DNA from: Patescibacteria group bacterium
GTDB taxonomy: Bacteria > Patescibacteriota > Microgenomatia > UBA1400 > PJMF01
DNA length: 64,000 bases
Reading direction: 5' to 3'
Assembly (NCBI GenBank): GCA_049322655.1
Contig: JBMORP010000002.1
Location: 32,923-96,922 of the forward strand
Shown in pieces: positions 37,201 through 48,234 of this stretch (its first letter is position 1; each line of letters opens with the position of its first letter). Below the pieces are notes generated by a model, which made no database searches, was not told the DNA's origin, and saw only the letters and a list, made by a program, of their open reading frames with translations. The translations under genes and the position numbers were made by a program.

Positions 37201-39084
37201 ATGGAAACAATGAAAAAGCTTTTTTTCAGCTTGCTAGCTAGTTTATTGGTACCTATTTATTTATTGGTAGCTACTGAAACCAGAGCTCAACAAACAGAGA
37301 TTAATGCCTTTGAAAACAAACTAATCAGTACCTATACCGTTAATGAGCTAGGTAATACTTATGTCGAACATACCTTTTCCATCAAAAATCTGACTCCGAC
37401 TTATTACATTACTAAGCATGGCTTAAAAACCAGCTCACCCAACATTACTAATATTAGAGTCTTTGATCAACAAGGCAATAATTTTAATGCTGAGATCACT
37501 AAAGTTGAAAACCAAACTAATATTGGTATTACCTTCCCAGATAAGTTGGTCGGAGAGGGAAAAGTTAGAACTTTTACTATCAGTTATAACAACCCCGACT
37601 TGGCTCAAGTTAATGGCAATGTTTTGGAGATAGCCATTCCCAAACAAGCCGATTCCAATCAATATCAACAAGCAGAAGTAGTGCTCAACACCCCGCTCAG
37701 GTTTGGCAATGCTACTAGAGTAACTCCCGCTTCAAATTTTACTCAAAAACTAACCGATAAAGGCATCCAAATGACTTTCAGTGAGCTGAAAAATCAAGGT
37801 GTGTCAGCCCTATTTGGTATCGACCAGATTTTTGATTTAAACTTCACTTATTTCTTGGAAAACAACGATTCTCAACCAATTTTGCTCCAAACTGCATTAC
37901 CACCAGATACTTCTTTTCAAAGAATGCACTATCACTCTATTGACCCTCTCCCAACTGAAATGGAAATAGATCAAGATGGTAACTGGATTGCTACTTTCTA
38001 TATGCCTGGTAATACCGCTCAAACTGTCAAAGTTCAGGCTCAAGCCCTTTTAACTTTGAACAAAAATCCTGATATTCCAGTTTCTTATCCCCAAAGCTTT
38101 CACTTATCCAGACAACCATTTTGGGAAATTGATAATAAAAATCTGCAACAAATTGCCGAAGAAAATAAAACTCCACAAGCAATTTATAACTATGTGACTA
38201 CCACTTTAGAGTACCAAACAATTGATTCGCTAGAAGACTTTGAAAGAAAAGGTGCTGCCCAAATCATAGGGCAACCAACCACTGCTGCCTGTCAAGAATT
38301 TTCTGATTTATTTGTCACCATAGCTAGAATTAATAACATCCCCGCTAGAGTTGTTACCGGTTATGCTTATACCCAGAATAACAGCCTACGTCCCTTGAGT
38401 TTAGTTGAAGATATCTTGCATGCTTGGCCAGAATATTGGGACGAAACAAACCAAGTTTGGCAACCAACTGATCCTACCTGGGGCAATACAACTGGAGGAG
38501 TGGATTACTTTAACCAATTTGATCTGAACCACATCGTCTTAGCCATCAATGGTCAATCAAGTACTTTGCCTTATCCAGCTGGCTCATATAAAACAGAACA
38601 ACAACAGACTGAAAAAACACTTGAAGTCCTTTTTGGCAAAAACTTTCCAAGCCAAAAACCAGAGTTAACAGCTGATTTAACCAAAAGTGAGAATAACTGG
38701 TTAAAAATGCCAGGATTTTACCAACTAACTTTAGTGAATAATTCTGGAGCTGCTTGGTATAAGCTAACTTTTGATCTTAGCTCTAATAAATCTGGAGTTA
38801 GGGTGTTTGGTGATACCTCAATACCAGCAATTTTACCGTTCCAAACTATCTCTATTCCAATCTTTGTTTATAATACACAACAAGCCTTACCAGAAAAAGA
38901 CAATTTAGTGTTAAATGTCTCAATGAATGGTGGCTCGATTTTACAAAAAGACTTCACTGTTACTAATGCGCCAAACTTCATCCAAAACTTTGCCCACCCA
39001 TACATCCCATTTTTCTTGGGCGGAACAGCGATCATCCTGGCCCTCGGCACCGGGAGTGTACTCGTTTTTAGACGAAAAAAATAA
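37201..39084 (+). CDS. Exported transglutaminase-like protein with a C-terminal membrane anchor
   Basis: Signal peptide; triad ACQEF, HAWPEY, DPTW; C-terminal TM plus RRKK. Confidence 0.88.
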   Translation: METMKKLFFSLLASLLVPIYLLVATETRAQQTEINAFENKLISTYTVNELGNTYVEHTFSIKNLTPTYYITKHGLKTSSPNITNIRVFDQQGNNFNAEITKVENQTNIGITFPDKLVGEGKVRTFTISYNNPDLAQVNGNVLEIAIPKQADSNQYQQAEVVLNTPLRFGNATRVTPASNFTQKLTDKGIQMTFSELKNQGVSALFGIDQIFDLNFTYFLENNDSQPILLQTALPPDTSFQRMHYHSIDPLPTEMEIDQDGNWIATFYMPGNTAQTVKVQAQALLTLNKNPDIPVSYPQSFHLSRQPFWEIDNKNLQQIAEENKTPQAIYNYVTTTLEYQTIDSLEDFERKGAAQIIGQPTTAACQEFSDLFVTIARINNIPARVVTGYAYTQNNSLRPLSLVEDILHAWPEYWDETNQVWQPTDPTWGNTTGGVDYFNQFDLNHIVLAINGQSSTLPYPAGSYKTEQQQTEKTLEVLFGKNFPSQKPELTADLTKSENNWLKMPGFYQLTLVNNSGAAWYKLTFDLSSNKSGVRVFGDTSIPAILPFQTISIPIFVYNTQQALPEKDNLVLNVSMNGGSILQKDFTVTNAPNFIQNFAHPYIPFFLGGTAIILALGTGSVLVFRRKK

Positions 39085-40324
39085 TATTCTCTATGTTGGC
39101 AAGGCAAAAAATCTAGCTAATCGTCTTACTAGTTATACACACTATGCCCAGTTGGCTCCCAGAATTAAGAGCTTAGTTAGTACTGCCAAAAAACTTACTT
39201 TTGAAGTTTTGGACAGTGAACTAGAGGCTTTACTAATCGAAGCAGAATTAATTAGAGTTCACCAACCATTTTTTAATATTAGATTAAAAGATGATAAATC
39301 ACCAATTTATTTAATTATCACCAATGATTCTTATCCAACAATTCTAAAAAAAAGAAAAAATGATTTAAATAAAATCACAATCAATGGTCAGTTGTTTGGG
39401 CCATTTCAAAGTAGTTATAAACTAAACGAAGTACTGAAAATTGCTCGCAAAATCTTCCCTTGGTGTAATCAACCACTGCAAACAATAAATAAAAAACCAA
39501 CTAAAGCTTGTTTTTACTACCACTTGGACCAATGCCCAGGGGCTTGTTTAGGCCTGATTTCTCCACAAGACTATCAAGAGAACATTACCAATCTTAAGCT
39601 CTTTTTAAAAGGAAAAAAGAAGCAAGTGATGACAAACTTAAAAAAAAGAATGACTTTCTTTGCTGAAAAGCAACAGTACGAACAAGCCCAAAAAATTAAA
39701 CTTCAACTGCAATATATTGAAGAAGTTACTCAAAAAACTTACCAACTAAAACCAGATTTGGTCTTACCAGGACTTGGAGCAACCAAAACTGAAATTGGTT
39801 TGGTTGAACTCCAAAAAATTCTCACCACTTACACTCATTGGCCCAAAAATAAAAAACTCAATCGAATTGAAGGTTATGATGTAAGTAATATTCAAGGAAA
39901 AAATGCAGCTGTTTCAATGGTAGTTACAAAAAATGGCCAACCGACCAATAGTTCATACAAAATCTTCAATATTAAGTCTTTAGATACTCCGAATGACTAC
40001 AAAATGATGCAAGAGGCTCTACTTAGAAGACAAAACCATCCTGAATGGGAGACACCTGATTTAGTGGTAGTTGATGGGGGCAAAGGCCAAGTGAGAGCGG
40101 CTTTAACAATTTGGCAATGGGACTGCCCAGTGATTGGTATTGCCAAAAACCCAGATCGCTTAGTAATTCCTTTACCAGCTGGCAGTAATGAAAAATATAA
40201 ATTAGTCAGACTAGAGGCTAATCATCCAGCTCTAAATCTAATTCAACAATTGAGAAATGAAGCTCACCGTTTTGCCAAGAAACAATGGGGCAAGAGGCAT
40301 ACCAAGGCAATGTTGAATAACTAG
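38966..40324 (+). CDS. uvrC: Excinuclease ABC subunit C, short form (start uncertain: 38927, 38966 or 38990)
   Basis: PGVY..LYVGKAKNL GIY-YIG, Cys cluster, IEGYDVSN, VDGGKGQ, RNEAHRFA. Confidence 0.9.
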   Translation: MRQTSSKTLPTHTSHFSWAEQRSSWPSAPGVYSFLDEKNNILYVGKAKNLANRLTSYTHYAQLAPRIKSLVSTAKKLTFEVLDSELEALLIEAELIRVHQPFFNIRLKDDKSPIYLIITNDSYPTILKKRKNDLNKITINGQLFGPFQSSYKLNEVLKIARKIFPWCNQPLQTINKKPTKACFYYHLDQCPGACLGLISPQDYQENITNLKLFLKGKKKQVMTNLKKRMTFFAEKQQYEQAQKIKLQLQYIEEVTQKTYQLKPDLVLPGLGATKTEIGLVELQKILTTYTHWPKNKKLNRIEGYDVSNIQGKNAAVSMVVTKNGQPTNSSYKIFNIKSLDTPNDYKMMQEALLRRQNHPEWETPDLVVVDGGKGQVRAALTIWQWDCPVIGIAKNPDRLVIPLPAGSNEKYKLVRLEANHPALNLIQQLRNEAHRFAKKQWGKRHTKAMLNN

Positions 40325-40328
40325 CCTA

Positions 40329-40709
40329 ATGCTAGTAGAATTTTTCTTACAAATGCTTAGACTTTTTCTCAATACTGGAATTACTTTTTGGATTCTATCT
40401 TACTTCGTGCCAACTATCCGCTTTGCCAACTGGACCGCCTTAATCATTGCCAGCTTAGTGATGGTGTTTATCCAAAAAATAATTAAACCTATAGTTAAAT
40501 TGCTATTTTTACCAATTAATGTCGTTACTTTAGGCTTGTTTTCTATTGTCATTAATGTTGCAATGTTGTGGTTAGTAACCTATCTAGTTCCAGGCTTTGA
40601 AATTACCAATATGGTCGTGTTTGGCTTACATTTAGATCGGTTTGGTTCGATTCTTTTTGCATCTATTTTGATTGGTTTTGTTCAAGGTTTTGTAACTTTG
40701 GTTATTTAG
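40329..40709 (+). CDS. Phage-holin superfamily IV (YvlD-like) 4-TM membrane protein
   Basis: IKPIVKLLFLPINVVTLGLFSIVINV signature. Confidence 0.85.
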   Translation: MLVEFFLQMLRLFLNTGITFWILSYFVPTIRFANWTALIIASLVMVFIQKIIKPIVKLLFLPINVVTLGLFSIVINVAMLWLVTYLVPGFEITNMVVFGLHLDRFGSILFASILIGFVQGFVTLVI

Positions 40710-40739
40710 CTAAAAACTCAGCCTGTTATAATATTTTCC

Positions 40740-41672
40740 ATGAAAAAGATTGTTTTGTTCGTTTTATCGATTGGTTGGTGGTTATTAACCACCACTACTA
40801 CTATCCAAGCTCTAAATCTTGATCCACTTGGAGAAGTAACTGAAGCCTCTAGTCCGATCGAAGCCAGTGAGGCTGGTAAATTAGCCTCTTCTTCAGCGGA
40901 AGTCGACCAAAAAATACAAGAAAAAAAAGATCAAGATATTACTGAAACTGGTGGTAAACAAAAAAGCAAACTAGCTGCTTACTTGGATGAACATCCAATT
41001 GGACCTTTATCTTGGCATAACCCTTTGCAACACGCCATTCGGCAAGCTATTACTAATGGTTTACCAGCTAACATTATCGTCTTATTGATGCTCTTCCCAT
41101 TAATTGCTTCCATCATCGCTTTTGGTCGCCATATTGTTGGACTGAAAGGCTTTGGTGTTTATATTCCAGCGGTGTTATCAGTGGCTTTTGTTTCTACAGG
41201 AATTGTAATTGGAGTATTAATCTTCTTTGCTGTCCTAATAGCCGCAACATTAGCCAGAAAAGTAGTCAAGAGATTAAAACTACCATTATTACCAAGAACA
41301 GCCATGTTGCTGTGGGTGGTGACTTTTCTAGTTTTGATTTTACTAATCATTTCATCCTTGGTTAACATCTCGGCTTTACTTAGCATTAGTATTTTCCCAC
41401 TGTTAATTATTATGTTGTTAACTGAAAACTTTATGAGCACTCAACTCTTTAATAGTCAAAAAGAAGCTCTTAGTATTACTTTTGAAACTTTATTGGTTGC
41501 TATTTTATGTGCACTCCTAATCAATCTAGAAAGTATTCAACAATTTGTTTTAATTTATCCAGAATTAAGCTTATTAGCGGTAGCTGGTTTAAATATGTTG
41601 ATTGGAAAATATACTGGTCTAAGACTTCTGGAAAGAGTTAGATTCGAATCAATCATTGAAGAAGAGGAGTAA
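40740..41672 (+). CDS. 7TM domain protein (7TM_transglut type)
   Basis: LLMLFP..RHIVGLKGFGVYIP, FPLLII..TE, IGKYTGLRLLE. Confidence 0.85.
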   Translation: MKKIVLFVLSIGWWLLTTTTTIQALNLDPLGEVTEASSPIEASEAGKLASSSAEVDQKIQEKKDQDITETGGKQKSKLAAYLDEHPIGPLSWHNPLQHAIRQAITNGLPANIIVLLMLFPLIASIIAFGRHIVGLKGFGVYIPAVLSVAFVSTGIVIGVLIFFAVLIAATLARKVVKRLKLPLLPRTAMLLWVVTFLVLILLIISSLVNISALLSISIFPLLIIMLLTENFMSTQLFNSQKEALSITFETLLVAILCALLINLESIQQFVLIYPELSLLAVAGLNMLIGKYTGLRLLERVRFESIIEEEE

Positions 41673-41674
41673 TC

Positions 41675-42955
41675 ATGGTCCAAACTAGAGATGTTCTGGG
41701 CATGAACGCCCGCAATCAACTCTTCGTTCCCCTTAACTCAAAAAAGGCTAGATCTTTTTGTATTTCTAAATATGCCACTAAACTGCTTTTACAAAGTCAT
41801 AATATTCCCACTGCTCAGGTTTATGGGATTTTGGGAACCTCTGAAGATGTCGATGAATTTAATTGGCAAGACCTCAAAAAAGATTTTGTGATTAAACCAA
41901 CTAATGGCCATGCAGGCAAAGGAGTAGTAGCCTTTAGAAGCCAGCATGCAGATGGTGAGCATTGGACTGATGCGGTTGGCACAACCTGGAGCTTACAAGA
42001 TATTAAGCTTCATTGCACCGATATTTTATCTGGTGAATACAGTACCCACGGTTCTAATCACAATATTATTGTTGAAGAAAGAGTTCCTATTCACAGCAAG
42101 CTCTTAAAATATACCTATAAGGGGACTCCAGACATTAGAGTCGTTGTCTTTAACAGCGTTCCAGTCATGGCCTTGTTGCGGCTACCCACTGAAGAATCGG
42201 GAGGAAGAGCCAATCAAAGCCAAGGAGCTTTGGGCGTTGGCGTTGATGTTGCCACTGGCATTACTACTTATGCAGCGGCTCATAAAAACCAGTTAATTAA
42301 ATACATGCCAGATACTAAAGTTAAACTAAACGGCATTAGAATTCCTTTTTGGAATGAAGTTTTACTTACAGCAGTCAGTGCAGCCAGAGCTGCCGGCCTC
42401 ACTTTCACTGGTGTTGATATGTTTATTCACCAAGAAAAAGGACCAATGGTGGTCGAACTAAACGCCTACCCAGGTCTATCTATTCAAGTAGCTAACAAAG
42501 CTGGCTTAAGAAGGAGATTGGAGCGGGTTCAAGATCTAAATGTCTTAAGTGCTGAACATGGCGTCAGAATTGCCAAAGCTTTATTTGCTGAAAACTTCGC
42601 CAGTAAAATTAAAGAAGAAGGAGAGTTCCCAATCTTAGCCACAGAAGAAACCATTGTTATTTATGGTGATAATAAACAAAAAACCGAAACAAAAGCTTTA
42701 ATTAACACTGGTAGATTTAGATCAGTAATTGCTAGTAAACTAGCTGAAGAACTAGGGCTGATTGACGTTGAAGACTTACTTTGGTTTCAACAAATTTCTG
42801 GTGAAGGTAAGAGACCGGTAGTCGAAATTAAATTTAAATTGAAAAATAAAACAATTACTACCTCAGCTGTTGTTTCTAAAAAATTAAATAAAAATAAACA
42901 AAAAATAGAGCTTGGCCGTAACGACTTGGTTGGCTTTGTTATTAGGCCTTCATAA
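41675..42955 (+). CDS. Alpha-L-glutamate-ligase-like ATP-grasp protein fused to a C-terminal RimB/aspartic-protease-like domain
   Basis: LGMNARN, FVIKP..G..GKG, PDIRV, LRLPT..S.GRAN, ELNAYPGLSIQ; C-terminal ALINTG..RPVV..LGR. Confidence 0.85.
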   Translation: MVQTRDVLGMNARNQLFVPLNSKKARSFCISKYATKLLLQSHNIPTAQVYGILGTSEDVDEFNWQDLKKDFVIKPTNGHAGKGVVAFRSQHADGEHWTDAVGTTWSLQDIKLHCTDILSGEYSTHGSNHNIIVEERVPIHSKLLKYTYKGTPDIRVVVFNSVPVMALLRLPTEESGGRANQSQGALGVGVDVATGITTYAAAHKNQLIKYMPDTKVKLNGIRIPFWNEVLLTAVSAARAAGLTFTGVDMFIHQEKGPMVVELNAYPGLSIQVANKAGLRRRLERVQDLNVLSAEHGVRIAKALFAENFASKIKEEGEFPILATEETIVIYGDNKQKTETKALINTGRFRSVIASKLAEELGLIDVEDLLWFQQISGEGKRPVVEIKFKLKNKTITTSAVVSKKLNKNKQKIELGRNDLVGFVIRPS

Positions 42956-42960
42956 AAATC

Positions 42961-43920
42961 ATGGGACTCATTGCAGATTTAAAACCACTCAATTTTCTAG
43001 AAGAAAAAAACAAGTTCTTAGCTGAGCCAAATTTTAATCCTCAATTCATTTACTCACGCATTTTTTCGCCGAAAGAACTAACTACTCACGGCTTACCAAA
43101 TCATCAATATATAAACTTGGCTGAAAAAATTCTGGAAAAAACTTTCCATGAGTTTACTAACCATGAACTAACTCAATTTAAAGGACAACTTTTAAGTCAG
43201 GAAACTGTCACAAATCAAATTACTGAGTTTCTCAAAAAGCATCAAATTGAAAATAAATATAAAATTGTTTGGGCCGAAGATTTTGTCAGTCGAACGGCTA
43301 TTAATGCTGACACGATTAAATTAAGACTTCCTTGCTCTGTTTATGAAGATGATTTGGCAGGACTGATTTATCACGAACTTGGCACTCATGCTCTTAGAAG
43401 AGTCAATTATGAACAACAACCATGGTTCAAAAAAAAGAAAAAATGTGGCTTTACTGATTACTTAAAAACCGAAGAAGGATTGGCTGTTTTACATGCCTTA
43501 TATCCCAGAAAACAACCTTTAGCTTATATGGCGGCAATTAATTTTTTAGCGGTGATCAAAGCTCAAGAAGAATCATTTTTAGAAGTGTGGCAATTCATTA
43601 ATCACTATCTAGAAGATGATGAAAAATCATTTAACATCGCTTTCAAAAAGAAACGAGGTTTGGTTGATACTAGCCAACCAGGTGGCTTCACCAAGGATTA
43701 TGTTTATTTTGAGGGGTTCGTTGAAACAGTCAGGTTTTTGCTTGAAAATGACTTACCAATCAAAGAACTTTATTTTGGCAAACTAGCTTATCAGGACATC
43801 GATAAGGCTGTGACTATGAATAAAAACTTTAAGCCATTATTACCAGCTTTTTATACAATCAACCCAAATGAATACAAAAACAAAGTGATTGCTATCGCCA
43901 AAACTAATTTCTTAGTTTAA
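42961..43920 (+). CDS. DUF1704 / MATCAP-family metallocarboxypeptidase
   Basis: HELGTH (HExxxH), TEEGLA, KRG..DTS..GGFTKD.VY. Confidence 0.85.
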   Translation: MGLIADLKPLNFLEEKNKFLAEPNFNPQFIYSRIFSPKELTTHGLPNHQYINLAEKILEKTFHEFTNHELTQFKGQLLSQETVTNQITEFLKKHQIENKYKIVWAEDFVSRTAINADTIKLRLPCSVYEDDLAGLIYHELGTHALRRVNYEQQPWFKKKKKCGFTDYLKTEEGLAVLHALYPRKQPLAYMAAINFLAVIKAQEESFLEVWQFINHYLEDDEKSFNIAFKKKRGLVDTSQPGGFTKDYVYFEGFVETVRFLLENDLPIKELYFGKLAYQDIDKAVTMNKNFKPLLPAFYTINPNEYKNKVIAIAKTNFLV

Positions 43921-43932
43921 CTTTCTACCCAA

Positions 43933-44667
43933 ATGATTATTCCCACCTACAAACCACTAGGCCGATCTAGTCACAGCCTGGCTCAAGAAATCGGTAAAAA
44001 ATATAGTGAAAAAGCTACCCATACTGGAACTTTAGATCCTATGGCAGAAGGAGTATTAGTTGTTTTAACGGATGAAGATCGATTTAACAAAGCTAAATTT
44101 AGTAATTGGCAAAAAACTTATTTATTTCAAATCTTGGTTGGCATTGAAACCGATACTCATGATTTGCTGGGCATTGTAAAAAATATTGACCATAAAAAAA
44201 TAAATCAACAAGTTTTGAAAAAAAATCTAAAAAATTTTATTGGTCAACAAAAACAACTAGTACCAAAGTTTTCTGCTCAAAGAATTAATGGTCTTTCTGG
44301 TTTTGATTTAGCCAAAGCAAATAAGGATTTTCCCCTACAAAAAAATGACATAGAGATTTTTTCGTTAAAAATTATCAAACAAGAAATTATTAACAACATT
44401 AAATTATTAAACTATATTCAAAAAAACATTGCTTTAGTGACTGGTGATTTCCGGCAGTTAGACATTTTAAAAACTTGGCAAGCTAGTTTGAAAAATAACC
44501 AAGTTTTTCAATTAATTACTCTTGAAGCTATTACCTCAAAACGAACTTATGTTAGAAGTTTGGTGCGAGATTTAGCTAAAAAACTAAAACTACCACTAAC
44601 AACCTATTCAATTATTAGAACTAAAAATGGCCCATTTGAGTTAAAAAACTGTAAAAATCTCTCCTAA
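43933..44667 (+). CDS. truB: tRNA pseudouridine(55) synthase
   Basis: KPLGRSS, HTGTLDPMAEGVL, ETDTHD, TYVRSL. Confidence 0.88.
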   Translation: MIIPTYKPLGRSSHSLAQEIGKKYSEKATHTGTLDPMAEGVLVVLTDEDRFNKAKFSNWQKTYLFQILVGIETDTHDLLGIVKNIDHKKINQQVLKKNLKNFIGQQKQLVPKFSAQRINGLSGFDLAKANKDFPLQKNDIEIFSLKIIKQEIINNIKLLNYIQKNIALVTGDFRQLDILKTWQASLKNNQVFQLITLEAITSKRTYVRSLVRDLAKKLKLPLTTYSIIRTKNGPFELKNCKNLS

Positions 44668-44681
44668 GTTATAATACTAAG

Positions 44682-45779
44682 GTGAAAACTAATCATAGTA
44701 ATAAAAAAATCATCTTAGGCCTATCTGGTGGAGTAGACTCTGCAGTTAGTGCAATTTTACTTAAAGAAGCAGGTTATCAAGTAGAGACTGTCTATATAGA
44801 ATGTTGGCATGAACCTGGTTGTAGAGCTGAAGGAGACCGCAAAGATGCGCTCAAAGTAGCCTTACAGCTAAATTTACCTTTTCAAGTTCTAGATTTTAAA
44901 CAAGCTTACAAAGAAAAAGTCATGGGCTACTTTTTGAGTGAGTATCAGGCTGGTAGAACTCCCAATCCAGACGTGATGTGCAATAAAATCATTAAATTTG
45001 GCCTATTTTATGATTGGGCAACCAAACAAGGTTATGATGCCATTGCCACTGGCCATTATGCTAAAACCGACGGTAAAAACTTGCTTGTTCCAACCGATAC
45101 CACTAAAGATCAAACCTACTTCTTGTATGAAATAAAAACAGAACAGTTACCACAAATTATTTTTCCTCTGCAAGATTTAACTAAGAAAGAGGTGAGAGAA
45201 CTAGCTATTAAACACAACCTACTAGTGGCTAACAAAAAAGACTCAGTGGGTATTTGTTTTGTTGGTGATATTAATGTACCCAAGTTTCTTAAAGAGAATC
45301 TGGGAGAAAGACCAGGTAATATTGTAGATGAGCAAGGCAATGTCTTGGGCCAACATCGAGGCTTATGGTTTCATACCATCGGCCAACGCCATGGTTTTAC
45401 TTACAATAAGAAGAAATATGTTCAGCTAAATAAAAACTTAGATAAAGGTGATTTACCAGCTTTGTATGTCATTGAAAAAAAACCAAAGACTAATGAACTA
45501 GTCATTGGCCAAAAACAAGAAACCTTAAGAAATTCCTTTGAAATTACTAATTTACACTTAATTGGAGTAACTGAAACTGAACTTTTAAATAGCCAAAATT
45601 TGAGTATTAGAATCAGAAATACTGGCGAAAAAATACCTGGCTTATTAGAAAAAAAAGACGGAAATTTCAGCATAAAATTAAAACAACTAGCCAGTGGTAT
45701 AGCTAGCGGTCAATCAGCTGTTTTTTACTTGGCTACCGAAGAACAAATTATTTGTGCGGGTGGTGGAATTATCCTTTGA
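44682..45779 (+). CDS. mnmA: tRNA 2-thiouridine(34) synthase
   Basis: SGGVDS, TPNPDVMCN, ATGHYA, KDQTYFL, DSVGICF, TIGQR. Confidence 0.96.
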   Translation: MKTNHSNKKIILGLSGGVDSAVSAILLKEAGYQVETVYIECWHEPGCRAEGDRKDALKVALQLNLPFQVLDFKQAYKEKVMGYFLSEYQAGRTPNPDVMCNKIIKFGLFYDWATKQGYDAIATGHYAKTDGKNLLVPTDTTKDQTYFLYEIKTEQLPQIIFPLQDLTKKEVRELAIKHNLLVANKKDSVGICFVGDINVPKFLKENLGERPGNIVDEQGNVLGQHRGLWFHTIGQRHGFTYNKKKYVQLNKNLDKGDLPALYVIEKKPKTNELVIGQKQETLRNSFEITNLHLIGVTETELLNSQNLSIRIRNTGEKIPGLLEKKDGNFSIKLKQLASGIASGQSAVFYLATEEQIICAGGGIIL

Positions 45780-45922
45780 CTTCTGTGAATTACTTGATAC
45801 AATAACTCCCACTTCACAATTCCAAGCTCATGGCTTAGAATTCAAACATTCGAGGGAGAGAAGAGACATCCCCATAAATGGGACTGTTTCTTTTTTTCTG
45901 TGAAGGCTCAGAACTTTAACAA
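45776..45922 (+). promoter_or_regulatory. rRNA promoter and boxA
   Basis: TTGACT-16 nt-TACAAT (45776-45803); boxA-like GAACTTTAACAA 45911-22. Confidence 0.7.
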
Positions 45923-46132
45923 GTGAATATTTTTAGACAGAAACAACATCATATTTATATTTCTGATATAAACATGGTGGTGAAAATGATATATTGATGG
46001 ATTTTTTTGATTAAAGATCCGTTCAATTCCAAAAACTCTGGTAGTCTACTTTAATTAGGAGACTATCAAACCAGAAACAATAAATCTTTTAGATAACGAA
46101 GAAAGATCAGTTTCAAACTTAAGAATAAAAAT

Positions 46133-47668
<1,536 letters not shown>

Positions 47669-47810
47669 TAAGGAGAATGGGTAGGGGAAATCACGACCCC
47701 TTTTCTCCCGAGAACAGTAATGTTCTCGAAACTCCAAGTCCTATGATCACCATATCTAGGCCGTTTTCACCGCCGTGTTTGTCTCAGAAGTAAAATGTTG
47801 TAACTGTTAA

Positions 47811-47841
47811 TTAACCCTCATTAATCGAGGGTTTTTTATTT
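47811..47841 (+). terminator. Terminator of the 16S transcript
   Basis: AACCCTC-attaatc-GAGGGTT followed by a T-run. Confidence 0.7.
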
Positions 47842-48005
47842 GAAAATTAGTACATTAATTAATAATATTCTTTAGATTCATAATCTCGTCGATAAAATAA
47901 TTAGAGTGTAGAAAACTATCTAACAAATCTCCTCAGATTCACTTTTTAAAATTTTTGTTAATAAATATAATTACTATCTAAAAACCAACAATTACTTATA
48001 GGTTT

Positions 48006-48032
48006 TTAGCAGACAATATATTTAACTGCTAA
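48006..48032. promoter_or_regulatory. CIRCE-like box, distal to clpB
   Basis: TTAGCAGAC-N9-AACTGCTAA. Confidence 0.65.
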
Positions 48033-48174
48033 TTTGAAACAATAAAAATAAACAACCATTCATCAATCCTTTTTCATTGATATTTTAAGATATCTTTTGA
48101 TTTGTTTTTATATATTTTGTTAGATAAAATGACTAGTTTAATCACAGCAGGCAATTTCCACCTTGAATCTCTTT

Positions 48175-48201
48175 TTAGCAATGATATATAATGATTGCTA
48201 A
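48175..48201. promoter_or_regulatory. CIRCE box overlapping the clpB promoter
   Basis: TTAGCAATG-N9-GATTGCTAA overlapping TTGAAT (48163) ... TATAAT (48187). Confidence 0.8.
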
Positions 48202-48234
48202 TTACTTTTATTATTCTTAATAAAGGAGTTAGGG

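Noticed and set aside
40329-40709. Holin-family gene as evidence of a prophage
   Set aside because: YvlD-type proteins are common chromosomal genes; no integrase, terminase, capsid or lysin is nearby.
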